Below are positions 50,101-64,000 of a stretch of DNA of 64,000 nt, piece after piece (position 1 is the first letter of the stretch; each line of letters opens with the position of its first letter). Below the pieces are notes generated by a model. The model searched no databases. It was not told where the DNA came from and was given only the letters and a program-made list of their open reading frames with translations. The stretch is taken from NCBI RefSeq assembly GCF_036365525.1, contig NC_090378.1, forward strand, positions 119,149,593-119,213,592. The letters run 5' to 3'. The DNA comes from Heterodontus francisci. Its lineage: Eukaryota. A program made the translations under genes and the position numbers.

Positions 50101-53100
50101 ATCCAGTCTGTGTACTCAGGTACATCACACTTCACAATCCAGTCTGTGTACTCAGGTACATCACACTTCACAATCCTGTCTGTGTACACAGGTACATCAC
50201 ACTTCGCAATCCAGTCCGTGTACACAGGTACATCACACTTCACAATCCAGTCTGTGTACTCAGGTACATCACACTTCACAATCCTGTCTGTGTACTCAGG
50301 TACATCACACTTCACAATCCAGTCTGTGTACTCAGGTACATCTCACTTCGCAATCCAGTCCGTGTACACAGGTACATCACACTTCACAATCCAGTCTGTG
50401 CACTCATGTACATCACACTTCACAATCCAGTCTGTGTACTCAGGTATATAACACTTCACAATCCAGACTGTGTACTCAGGTACATCACACTTCGCAATCC
50501 AGTCCGTGTACACAGGTACATCACACTTCACAATCCAGTCTGTGTACTCAGGTACATCACACTTCACAATCCAGTCTGTGTACTCAGGTACATCACACTT
50601 CACAATCCAGTCTGTGAACTCAGGTACATCACACTTCACAATCCTGTCTGTGCACTCAGGAACATCACACTTCACAATCCAGTCTGTGTACTCAGGTACA
50701 TCACACTTCACAATCCAGTCTGTGTACTCAGGTACATCACACTTCACAATCCTGTCTGTGCACTCAGGAACATCACACTTCACAATCTGGGCTGTGTACT
50801 CAGGTACATCACACTTCACAATCCAGTCTGTGTGCTCAGGTACATTACACTTCACAATCCAGTCTGTGTACTCGGGTTCATCACGCTTCACAATCCAGTC
50901 TGTGTACTCAGATACATCACACTTCACAATCCAAACTGTGTACTCAGATACATCACACTTCACAATCCGGTCTCTGCACTCAGGTACATCACACTTCACA
51001 ATCCAGTCTGTGTACTCAGGTACATGACACTTCACAATCCAGTCTGTGTACTCAGGTACATCACACTTCACAATCCAGTCTGTGTACTCAGGTACATCAG
51101 ACTTCACAATCCAGTCTGCGTACTCAGGTATATAACACTTCACAAACCAGACTGTGTACTCAGGTACATCACACTTCGCAATTCAGTCTGTGTACACAGA
51201 TACATCACACTTCACAATCCAGTCTGTGTACTCAGGTACATCACACTTCGCAATGCAGTCTGTGTACACAGGTACATCACTCTTCACAATCCGGGCTATG
51301 TACTCAGGTACATCACACTTCACAATCCAGTCTGTGTACTCAGGTACATCACACTTCACAATCCGGTCTGTGTACTCAGGTACATCACACTTCACAATCC
51401 AGTCTGTGTACTCAGGGACGTCACTCTTCACAATCTGGGCTGTGTACTCAGGTACATCACACTTCACAATCCAGTCTGTGTGCTCAGGTACATTACACTT
51501 CACAATCCAGTCTGTGTACTCAGGTACATCACACTTCACAATCCAGTCTGTGTACTCAGGTACATCACACTTCACAATCCAGTCTGTGTGCTCAGGTACA
51601 TTACACTTCACAATCCAGTCTGTGTACTCGGGTACATCACACTTCACAATCCACTCTGTGTACACAGGTACATCACACTTCACAATCCAGTCTGTGTACT
51701 CAGGTACATCAAACTTCAGAATCCAGTCTGTGTACACAGGTACATCACACTTCACAATCCAGTCTGTGTACACAGGTACATCACACTTCACAATCCAGTC
51801 TGTGTACTCAGGTACATCACACTTCACAATCCAGTCTGTGTACACAGGTACATCACACTTCACAATCCAGTCTGTGTACTCAGGTACATCACACTTCACA
51901 ATCCTGTCTGTGCACTCAGGAACATCACACTTCACAATCCAGTCTGTGTACACAGGCACATCACACTTCACAATCCATTCTGCTTACTCAGGTACATCAC
52001 AATTCACAGTCCAGTCTGTGTACTCAGGTGCATCACACTTCACAATCCATTCTGTGTACTCAGGTACATCACTCTTCACAATCCGGTCTGTGTACTCAGG
52101 TAAATCACACTTCACAATCCGGTCTGCGTACTCAGGTACATCACACTTCACAATCCAGTCTGTGTACTCAGGTACATCACACTTCACAATCCGGTCTGTG
52201 TACTCAGGTACATCACACTTCACAATCCGGTCTGTGTACTCAGGAACATCACAATTCACAATCCAGTCTGTGTACTCAGGTACAACACACTTCACAATCC
52301 GGTCTGAGTACTCAGGTACATCACACTTCACAATCCAGTCTGTGTAATCAGGTATATCACACATCACAATCCAGTCTGTGTAATCAGGTATATCACACTT
52401 CACAATCCAGTCTGTATACTCAGATACATCACACTTCACCATCCAGTCTGTGTACTCAGGTATATCACACTGCACAATCCAGTCTGTGTACTCAGGTATA
52501 TCACACTTCACAATCCAGTCTGTGTACTCAGGTATATCACACTTCACAATACGGACTGTGTACTCAGAGACATCACCGTTCACAATCCAATCTGTGTACT
52601 CAGTTCTATCACCGTTCACAATCCAGTCTGTGTACTCAGGTACATCACACTTCACAATCCAGTCCGTGAACTCAGGTACATCACACTTCACAATCCAGTC
52701 TGTGTACTCAGGTACATCACACTTCGCAATCCAGTCCGTGTACACAGGTACATCACACTTCACAATCCAGTCTGTGTACTCAGGTACATCACACTTCACA
52801 ATCCAGTCTGTGTACTCAGGTACATCACACTTCACAATCCAGTCTGTGTACTCAGGTACATCACACTTCACAATCCTGTCTGTGTACACAGGTACATCAC
52901 ACTTCGCAATCCAGTCCGTGTACACAGGTACATCACACTTCACAATCCAGTCTGTGTACTCAGGTACATCACACTTCACAATCCTGTCTGTGTACTCAGG
53001 TACATCACACTTCACAATCCAGTCTGTGTACTCAGGTACATCACACTTCGCAATCCAGTCCGTGTACACAGGTACATCACACTTCACAATCCAGTCTGTG

Positions 53101-56100
53101 TACTCGGGTACATCACACTTCACAATCCTGGCTGTGCACTCATGTACATCACACTTCACAATCCAGTCTGTGTACTCAGGTATATAACACTTCACAATCC
53201 AGACTGTGTACTCAGGTACATCACACTTCGCAATCCAGTCCGTGCACACAGGTACATCACACTTCACAATCCAGTCTGTGTACTCAGGTACATCACACTT
53301 CACAATCCAGTCTGTGTACTCAGGTGCATCACACTTCACAATCCAGTCTGTGTACTCAGGTACATCACACTTCACAATCCTGTCTGTGCACTCAGGAACA
53401 TCACACTTCACAATCCAGTCTGTGTACTCAGGTACATCACACTTCACAATCCAGTCTGTGTACTCAGGTACATCACACTTCACAATCCTGTCTGTGCACT
53501 CAGGAACATCACACTTCACAATCTGGGCTGTGTACTCAGGTACATCACACTTCACAATCCAGTCTGTGTGCTCAGGTACATTACACTTCACAATCCAGTC
53601 TGTGTACTCGGGTCCATCACGCTTCACAATCCAGTCTGTGTACTCAGATACATCACACTTCACAATCCAAACTGTGTACTCAGATACATCACACTTCACA
53701 ATCCGGTCTCTGCACTCAGGTACATCACACTTCACAATCCAGTCTGTGTACTCAGGTACATGACACTTCACAATCCAGTCTGTGTACTCAGGTACATCAC
53801 ACTTCACAATCCAGTCTGTGTACTCAGGTCCATCAGACTTCACAATGAAGTCTGCGTACTCAGGTATATAACACTTCACAAACCAGACTGTGTACTCAGC
53901 TACATCACACTTCGCAATCCAGTCTGTGTACACAGATACATCACACTTCACAATCCAGTCTGTGTACTCAGGTACATCACACTTCGCAATGCAGTCTGTG
54001 TAATCAGGTATATCACACTTCACAATCCAGTCTGTGTACTCAGGTACATCACACTTCACAATCCAGTCTGTGTAATCAGGTATATCACACTTCACAATCC
54101 AGTCTGTGTACTCAGGTATATCACACTGCACAATCCAGTCTGTGTACTCAGGGATATCACACTTCACAATCCAGTCTGTGCACTCAGGTATATCACACTT
54201 CACAATACGGACTGTGTACTCAGAGACATCACCGTTCACAATCCAATCTGTGTACTCAGGTATATCACCGTTCACAATCCAGTCTGTGTACTCAGGTACA
54301 TCACACTTCACAATCCAGTCCGTGAACTCAGGTACATCACACTTCACAATCCAGTCTGTGTACTCAGGTACATCACACTTCACAATCCAGTCTGTGTCCT
54401 CAGGTACATCACACTTCACAATCCAGTCTGTGTACTCAGTTACATCGCTCTTCACAATCCAGTCTGTGTAGTCAGGAACATCACACTTCACAATCCAGTC
54501 TGCATACTCAGGTACATCACACTTCGCAATCCAGTCCGTGTACACAGGTACATCACACTTCACAATCCAGTCTGTGTACTCAGGTACATCACACTTCACA
54601 ATCCAGTCTGTGTACTCAGGTACATCACACTTCACAATCCAGTCTGTGTACTCAGGTACATCACACTTCACAATCCTGTCTGTGTACACAGGTACATCAC
54701 ACTTCGCAATCCAGTCCGTGTACACAGGTACATCACATTTCACAATCCAGTCTGTGTACTCAGGTACATCACACTTCACAATCCAGTCTGTGTACTCAGG
54801 TACATCACACTTCGCAATCCAGTCCGTGTACACAGGTACATCACACTTCACAATCCAGTCTGTGTACTCAGATACATCACACTTCACAATCCAGACTGTG
54901 TACTCAGGTACATCACACTTCACAATCCAGTCTGTGTAATCAGGTATATCACACTTCACAATCCAGTCTGTGTACTCAGGTACATCACACATCACAATCC
55001 AGTCTGTGTACTGAGGTACATCACACTTCGCAATCCAGTCTGAGTACTCAGGTACATCACACTTCACAATCCAGTCTGTGTACTCAGGTACATCACACTT
55101 CACAATCCAGTCTGTGCACACAGGTACATCACACTTCACAATCCAGTCTGTGTACACAGGTACATCACACTTCACAATCCAGTCTGTGTACTCAGGTACA
55201 TCACACTTCACAATCCAGTCTGTGTACACAGGTACATCACACTTCACAATCCAGTCTGTGTACTCAGGTACATCACACTTCACAATCCTGTCTGTGCACT
55301 CAGGAACATCACACTTCACAATCCAGTCTGTGTACACAGGCACATCACACTTCACAATCCATTCTGCTTACTCAGGTACATCACAATTCACAGTCCAGTC
55401 TGTGTACTCAGGTGCATCACACTTCACAATCCATTCTGTGTACTCAGGTACATCACTCTTCACAATCCGGTCTGTGTACTCAGGTAAATCACACTTCACA
55501 ATCCGGTCTGCGTACTCAGGTACATCACACTTCACAATCCAGTCTGTGTACTCAGGTACATCACACTTCACAATCCGGTCTGTGTACTCAGGTACATCAC
55601 ACTTCACAATCCGGTCTGTGTACTCAGGAACATCACAATTCACAATCCAGTCTGTGTACTCAGGTACAACACACTTCACAATCCGGTCTGAGTACTCAGG
55701 TACATCACACTTCACAATCCAGTCTGTGTAATCAGGTATATCACACATCACAATCCAGTCTGTGTAATCAGGTATATCACACTTCACAATCCAGTCTGTA
55801 TACTCAGATACATCACACTTCACCATCCAGTCTGTGTACTCAGGTATATCACACTGCACAATCCAGTCTGTGTACTCAGGTATATCACACTTCACAATCC
55901 AGTCTGTGTACTCAGGTATATCACACTTCACAATACGGACTGTGTACTCAGAGACATCACCGTTCACAATCCAATCTGTGTACTCAGGTATATCACCGTT
56001 CACAATCCAGTCTGTGTACTCAGGTACATCACACTTCACAATCCAGTCCGTGAACTCAGGTACATCACACTTCGCAATCCAGTCCGTGTACACAGGTACA

Positions 56101-59100
56101 TCACACTTCACAATCCAGTCCGTGTACTCAGGTACATCACACTTCACAATCCAGTCTGTGTACTCAGGTACATCACACTTCACAATCCAGTCTGTGTACT
56201 CAGGTACATCACACTTCACAATCCTGTCTGTGTACACAGGTACATCACACTTCACAATCCAGTCCGTGTACACAGGTACATCACACTTCACAATCCAGTC
56301 TGTGTACTCAGGTACATCACACTTCACAATCCTGTCTGTGTACTCAGGTACATCACACTTCACAATCCAGTCTGTGTACTCAGGTACATCTCACTTCGCA
56401 ATCCAGTCCGTGTACACAGGTACATCACACTTCACAATCCAGTCTGTGTACTCAGGTACATCACACTTCACAATCCTGGCTGTGCACTCATGTACATCAC
56501 ACTTCACAATCCAGTCTGTGTACTCAGGTATATAACACTTCACAATCCAGACTGTGTACTCAGGTACATCACACTTCGCAATCCAGTCTGTGTCCTCAGG
56601 TACATCACACTTCACAATCCAGTCTGTGTACTCAGTTACATCGCTCTTCACAATCCAGTCTGTGTAGTCAGGAACATCACACTTCACAATCCAGTCTGCA
56701 TACTCAGGTACATCACACTTCGCAATCCTATCCGTGTACACAGGTACATCACACTTCACAATCCAGTCTGTGTACTCAGGTACATCACACTTCACAATCC
56801 AGTCTGTGTACTCAGGTACATCACACTTCACAATCCAGTCTGTGTACTCAGGTACATCACACTTCACAATCCTGTCTGTGTACACAGGTACATCACACTT
56901 CGCAATCCAGTCCGTGTACACAGGTACATCACATTTCACAATCCAGTCTGTGTACTCAGGTACATCACACTTCACAATCCAGTCTGTGTACTCAGGTACA
57001 TCACACTTCGCAATCCAGTCCGTGTACACAGGTACATCACACTTCACAATCCAGTCTGTGTACTCAGATACATCACACTTCACAATCCAGACTGTGTACT
57101 CAGGTACATCACACTTCACAATCCAGTCTGTGTAATCAGGTATATCACACTTCACAATCCAGTCTGTGTACTCAGGTACATCACACATCACAATCCAGTC
57201 TGTGTACTGAGGTACATCACACTTCGCAATCCAGTCTGAGTACTCAGGTACATCACACTTCACAATCCAGTCTGTGTACTCAGGTACATCACACTTCACA
57301 ATCCAGTCTGTGCACACAGGTACATCACACTTCACAATCCAGTCTGTGTACACAGGTACATCACACTTCACAATCCAGTCTGTGTACTCAGGTACATCAC
57401 ACTTCACAATCCAGTCTGTGTACACAGGTACATCACACTTCACAATCCAGTCTGTGTACTCAGGTACATCACACTTCACAATCCTGTCTGTGCACTCAGG
57501 AACATCACACTTCACAATCCAGTCTGTGTACACAGGCACATCACACTTCACAATCCATTCTGCTTACTCAGGTACATCACAATTCACAGTCCAGTCTGTG
57601 TACTCAGGTGCATCACACTTCACAATCCATTCTGTGTACTCAGGTACATCACTCTTCACAATCCGGTCTGTGTACTCAGGTAAATCACACTTCACAATCC
57701 GGTCTGCGTACTCAGGTACATCACACTTCACAATCCAGTCTGTGTACTCAGGTACATCACACTTCACAATCCGGTCTGTGTACTCAGGTACATCACACTT
57801 CACAATCCGGTCTGTGTACTCAGGAACATCACAATTCACAATCCAGTCTGTGTACTCAGGTACAACACACTTCACAATCCGGTCTGAGTACTCAGGTACA
57901 TCACACTTCACAATCCAGTCTGTGTAATCAGGTATATCACACATCACAATCCAGTCTGTGTAATCAGGTATATCACACTTCACAATCCAGTCTGTATACT
58001 CAGATACATCACACTTCACCATCCAGTCTGTGTACTCAGGTATATCACACTGCACAATCCAGTCTGTGTACTCAGGTATATCACACTTCACAATCCAGTC
58101 TGTGTACTCAGGTATATCACACTTCACAATACGGACTGTGTACTCAGAGACATCACCGTTCACAATCCAATCTGTGTACTCAGGTATATCACCGTTCACA
58201 ATCCAGTCTGTGTACTCAGGTACATCACACTTCACAATCCAGTCCGTGAACTCAGGTACATCACACTTCGCAATCCAGTCCGTGTACACAGGTACATCAC
58301 ACTTCACAATCCAGTCCGTGTACTCAGGTACATCACACTTCACAATCCAGTCTGTGTACTCAGGTACATCACACTTCACAATCCAGTCTGTGTACTCAGG
58401 TACATCACACTTCACAATCCTGTCTGTGTACACAGGTACATCACACTTCGCAATCCAGTCCGTGTACACAGGTACATCACACTTCACAATCCAGTCTGTG
58501 TACTCAGGTACATCACACTTCACAATCCTGTCTGTGTACTCAGGTACATCACACTTCACAATCCAGTCTGTGTACTCAGGTACATCTCACTTCGCAATCC
58601 AGTCCGTGTACACAGGTACATCACACTTCACAATCCAGTCTGTGCACTCATGTACATCACACTTCACAATCCAGTCTGTGTACTCAGGTATATAACACTT
58701 CACAATCCAGACTGTGTACTCAGGTACATCACACTTCGCAATCCAGTCCGTGTACACAGGTACATCACACTTCACAATCCAGTCTGTGTACTCAGGTACA
58801 TCACACTTCACAATCCAGTCTGTGTACTCAGGTACATCACACTTCACAATCCAGTCTGTGAACTCAGGTACATCACACTTCACAATCCTGTCTGTGCACT
58901 CAGGAACATCACACTTCACAATCCAGTCTGTGTACTCAGGTACATCACACTTCACAATCCAGTCTGTGTACTCAGGTACATCACACTTCACAATCCTGTC
59001 TGTGCACTCAGGAACATCACACTTCACAATCTGGGCTGTGTACTCAGGTACATCACACTTCACAATCCAGTCTGTGTGCTCAGGTACATTACACTTCACA

Positions 59101-62100
59101 ATCCAGTCTGTGTACTCGGGTTCATCACGCTTCACAATCCAGTCTGTGTACTCAGATACATCACACTTCACAATCCAAACTGTGTACTCAGATACATCAC
59201 ACTTCACAATCCGGTCTCTGCACTCAGGTACATCACACTTCACAATCCAGTCTGTGTACTCAGGTACATGACACTTCACAATCCAGTCTGTGTACTCAGG
59301 TACATCACACTTCACAATCCAGTCTGTGTACTCAGGTACATCAGACTTCACAATCCAGTCTGCGTACTCAGGTATATAACACTTCACAAACCAGACTGTG
59401 TACTCAGGTACATCACACTTCGCAATCCAGTCTGTGTACACAGATACATCACACTTCACAATCCAGTCTGTGTACTCAGGTACATCACACTTCGCAATGC
59501 AGTCTGTGTACACAGGTACATCACTCTTCACAATCCGGGCTATGTACTCAGGTACATCACACTTCACAATCCAGTCTGTGTACTCAGGTACATCACACTT
59601 CACAATCCGGTCTGTGTACTCAGGTACATCACACTTCACAATCCAGTCTGTGTACTCAGGGACGTCACTCTTCACAATCTGGGCTGTGTACTCAGGTACA
59701 TCACACTTCACAATCCAGTCTGTGTGCTCAGGTACATTACACTTCACAATCCAGTCTGTGTACTCAGGTACATCACACTTCACAATCCAGTCTGTGTACT
59801 CAGGTACATCACACTTCACAATCCAGTCTGTGTGCTCAGGTACATTACACTTCACAATCCAGTCTGTGTACTCGGGTACATCACACTTCACAATCCACTC
59901 TGTGTACACAGGTACATCACACTTCACAATCCAGTCTGTGTACTCAGGTACATCAAACTTCAGAATCCAGTCTGTGTACACAGGTACATCACACTTCACA
60001 ATCCAGTCTGTGTACACAGGTACATCACACTTCACAATCCAGTCTGTGTACTCAGGTACATCACACTTCACAATCCAGTCTGTGTACACAGGTACATCAC
60101 ACTTCACAATCCAGTCTGTGTACTCAGGTACATCACACTTCACAATCCTGTCTGTGCACTCAGGAACATCACACTTCACAATCCAGTCTGTGTACACAGG
60201 CACATCACACTTCACAATCCATTCTGCTTACTCAGGTACATCACAATTCACAGTCCAGTCTGTGTACTCAGGTGCATCACACTTCACAATCCATTCTGTG
60301 TACTCAGGTACATCACTCTTCACAATCCGGTCTGTGTACTCAGGTAAATCACACTTCACAATCCGGTCTGCGTACTCAGGTACATCACACTTCACAATCC
60401 AGTCTGTGTACTCAGGTACATCACACTTCACAATCCGGTCTGTGTACTCAGGTACATCACACTTCACAATCCGGTCTGTGTACTCAGGAACATCACAATT
60501 CACAATCCAGTCTGTGTACTCAGGTACAACACACTTCACAATCCGGTCTGAGTACTCAGGTACATCACACTTCACAATCCAGTCTGTGTAATCAGGTATA
60601 TCACACATCACAATCCAGTCTGTGTAATCAGGTATATCACACTTCACAATCCAGTCTGTATACTCAGATACATCACACTTCACCATCCAGTCTGTGTACT
60701 CAGGTATATCACACTGCACAATCCAGTCTGTGTACTCAGGTATATCACACTTCACAATCCAGTCTGTGTACTCAGGTATATCACACTTCACAATACGGAC
60801 TGTGTACTCAGAGACATCACCGTTCACAATCCAATCTGTGTACTCAGTTCTATCACCGTTCACAATCCAGTCTGTGTACTCAGGTACATCACACTTCACA
60901 ATCCAGTCCGTGAACTCAGGTACATCACACTTCACAATCCAGTCTGTGTACTCAGGTACATCACACTTCGCAATCCAGTCCGTGTACACAGGTACATCAC
61001 ACTTCACAATCCAGTCTGTGTACTCAGGTACATCACACTTCACAATCCAGTCTGTGTACTCAGGTACATCACACTTCACAATCCAGTCTGTGTACTCAGG
61101 TACATCACACTTCACAATCCTGTCTGTGTACACAGGTACATCACACTTCGCAATCCAGTCCGTGTACACAGGTACATCACACTTCACAATCCAGTCTGTG
61201 TACTCAGGTACATCACACTTCACAATCCTGTCTGTGTACTCAGGTACATCACACTTCACAATCCAGTCTGTGTACTCAGGTACATCACACTTCGCAATCC
61301 AGTCCGTGTACACAGGTACATCACACTTCACAATCCAGTCTGTGTACTCAGGTACATCACACTTCACAATCCTGGCTGTGCACTCATGTACATCACACTT
61401 CACAATCCAGTCTGTGTACTCAGGTATATAACACTTCACAATCCAGACTGTGTACTCAGGTACATCACACTTCGCAATCCAGTCCGTGCACACAGGTACA
61501 TCACACTTCACAATCCAGTCTGTGTACTCAGGTACATCACACTTCACAATCCAGTCTGTGTACTCAGGTGCATCACACTTCACAATCCAGTCTGTGTACT
61601 CAGGTACATCACACTTCACAATCCTGTCTGTGCACTCAGGAACATCACACTTCACAATCCAGTCTGTGTACTCAGGTACATCACACTTCACAATCCAGTC
61701 TGTGTACTCAGGTACATCACACTTCACAATCCTGTCTGTGCACTCAGGAACATCACACTTCACAATCTGGGCTGTGTACTCAGGTACATCACACTTCACA
61801 ATCCAGTCTGTGTGCTCAGGTACATTACACTTCACAATCCAGTCTGTGTACTCGGGTCCATCACGCTTCACAATCCAGTCTGTGTACTCAGATACATCAC
61901 ACTTCACAATCCAAACTGTGTACTCAGATACATCACACTTCACAATCCGGTCTCTGCACTCAGGTACATCACACTTCACAATCCAGTCTGTGTACTCAGG
62001 TACATGACACTTCACAATCCAGTCTGTGTACTCAGGTACATCACACTTCACAATCCAGTCTGTGTACTCAGGTACATCAGACTTCACAATGAAGTCTGCG

Positions 62101-64000
62101 TACTCAGGTATATAACACTTCACAAACCAGACTGTGTACTCAGCTACATCACACTTCGCAATCCAGTCTGTGTACACAGATACATCACACTTCACAATCC
62201 AGTCTGTGTACTCAGGTACATCACACTTCGCAATGCAGTCTGTGTACACAGGTACATCACTCTTCACAATCCGGGCTATGTACTCAGGTACATCACACTT
62301 CACAATCCAGTCTGTGTACTCAGGTACATCACACTTCACAATCCGGTCTGTGTACTCAGGTACATCACACTTCACAATCCAGTCTGTGTACTCAGGTACG
62401 TCACTCTTCACAATCTGGGCTGTGTACTCAGGTACATCACACTTCACAATCCAGTCTGTGTGCTCAGGTACATTACACTTCACAATCCAGTCTGTGTACT
62501 CAGGTACATCACACTTCACAATCCAGTCTGTGTACTCAGGTACATCACACTTCACAATCCGGTCTGTGTGCTCAGGTACATTACACTTCACAATCCAGTC
62601 TGTGTACTCGGGTACATCACACTTCACAATCCAGTCTGTGTATTCAGGTACATCACACTTCACAATCCAGTCTGTATACTCAGGTACATCACACTTCACA
62701 ATCCAGTCTGTGTACTCAGGTACATCACACTTCACAGTCCAGTCTGTGTACTCAGATACATCACACTTCACAATCCAGTCTGTGTACACAGGTACATCAC
62801 ACTTCACAAACCAGACTGTGTACTCAGGTACATCACACTTCACAATCCAATCTGTGCACTCAGATACATCACACTTCACAATCCGGTCTGTGTACTCAGG
62901 TACATCACACTTCACAATCCATTCTGTGTACTCAGGTACATCACACTTCACAATCCAGTCTGTGTACTCAGGTACATCACACTTCACAATTCTGTCTGAG
63001 TACTCAGGTACATCACGCTTCACGAATCCAGTCTGTGTACTCAGGTACATCACACTTCACAATTCTGTCTGAGTACTCAGGTACATCATTCTTCACAATC
63101 CAGTCTGTGTACTCAGATACATCACACTTCACAATCCAGTCTGTATACTCAGGTACATCACACTTCACAATCCAGTCTGTGTACTCAGGTACATCACACT
63201 TCACAGTCCAGAATGTGTACTCAGATACATCACACTTCACAATCCAGTCTGTGTACACAGGTACATCACACTTCACAAACCAGTCTGTGTACTCAGGTAC
63301 ATCACACTTCACAATCCATTCTGTGTACTCAGGTACATCACACTTCACAATCCTATCTTTGTACTCAGGTACATCACACTTCGCAATCCATTCTGTGTAC
63401 TCAGGTACATCACACTTCACAATCCATTCTGTGTACTCAGGTGCATCACACTTCACAATCCATTCTGTGTACTCAGATACATCACACTTCACAATCCATT
63501 CTGTGTACTCAGGTACATCACACTTCACAATCCAGACTGTGTACTCAGGTACATCACACTTCACAATCCATTCTGTGTACTCAGATACATCACACTAAAA
63601 CAATCCGGTCTGTGTACTCAGGTACATCACACTTCACAATCCAGTCTGTGTACTCAGGTACATCACACTTCACAATCCAGGCTGTGTACTCAGGAACATC
63701 ACACTTCACAATCTAGTCTGTGTACTCAGGTATATCACACTTCTCAATCCAGTCAGTGTACTCAGGAACATCACACTTCTCAATCCGGTCTGTGTACTCA
63801 GGTGCATCACACTTCACAATCCTGTCTGTGTACTCAGGAACATCACACTTCAAAATCCAGTCTGTGTACTCAGGTACATCACACTTCACAATTCAGTCTG
63901 TGTACTCAGGTACACCACACTTCTCAATCCAGTCAGTGTACTCAGGAACATCACACTTCTCAATCCGGTCTGTGTACTCAGGTATATAACACTTCACAAA
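44126..64000. repeat. 36-bp satellite array, about 550 copies, open at the right edge
   Basis: Consensus CCAGTCTGTGTACTCAGGTACATCACACTTCACAAT. It starts abruptly after ...CTCTCTCTGCTC; more divergent units and the only visible indels (near 63024 and 63596) occur near the right edge. Confidence 0.99.

Noticed and set aside
44016-63989. Very long ORFs on both strands (927, 1006, 1123 aa; DWIVKCDVPEYT, YITLHNPVCVLR and YSGTSHFTIQSV repeats)
   Set aside because: A 36-bp unit is 12 codons, so any stop-free frame stays open. Several frames are open at once, stops occur sporadically and there is no synonymous bias or unique domain.
1-64000. CRISPR-like arrays (23, 32 and 36 bp units)
   Set aside because: Head-to-tail repeats with no unique spacers, no cas genes, and a vertebrate context.

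Overview
Eukaryotic (vertebrate) DNA, most likely from a cartilaginous fish. About 80% is tandem repeat: a 61-bp satellite (1-18100), a 43/44-bp minisatellite, a 32-bp satellite (13.3 kb), a 23-bp minisatellite and a 36-bp satellite (44.1 kb to the window end). The one confident host gene is an intact, unrearranged immunoglobulin kappa-type (NS4/type III-like) light-chain V segment on the minus strand. It has a promoter, a split leader, a V exon and a perfect 12-RSS. The 61-bp satellite starts 6 bp beyond the RSS nonamer and fills at least 18 kb where the J segment would be expected; I found no J or C in the window. A young 5'-truncated RTE-clade LINE with an 8-bp TSD sits in that satellite, and its empty-site paralog is also in the window. 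The unique DNA also holds old L2/CR1 fragments, TIR-bounded MITE-like elements, a decayed Myb/SANT (Harbinger-like) exon, a cluster of lymphoid transcription-factor motifs and a possible orphan 3' exon. Nearly all long ORFs in the track are artefacts of repeat translation. There is no CRISPR array or prokaryotic system.
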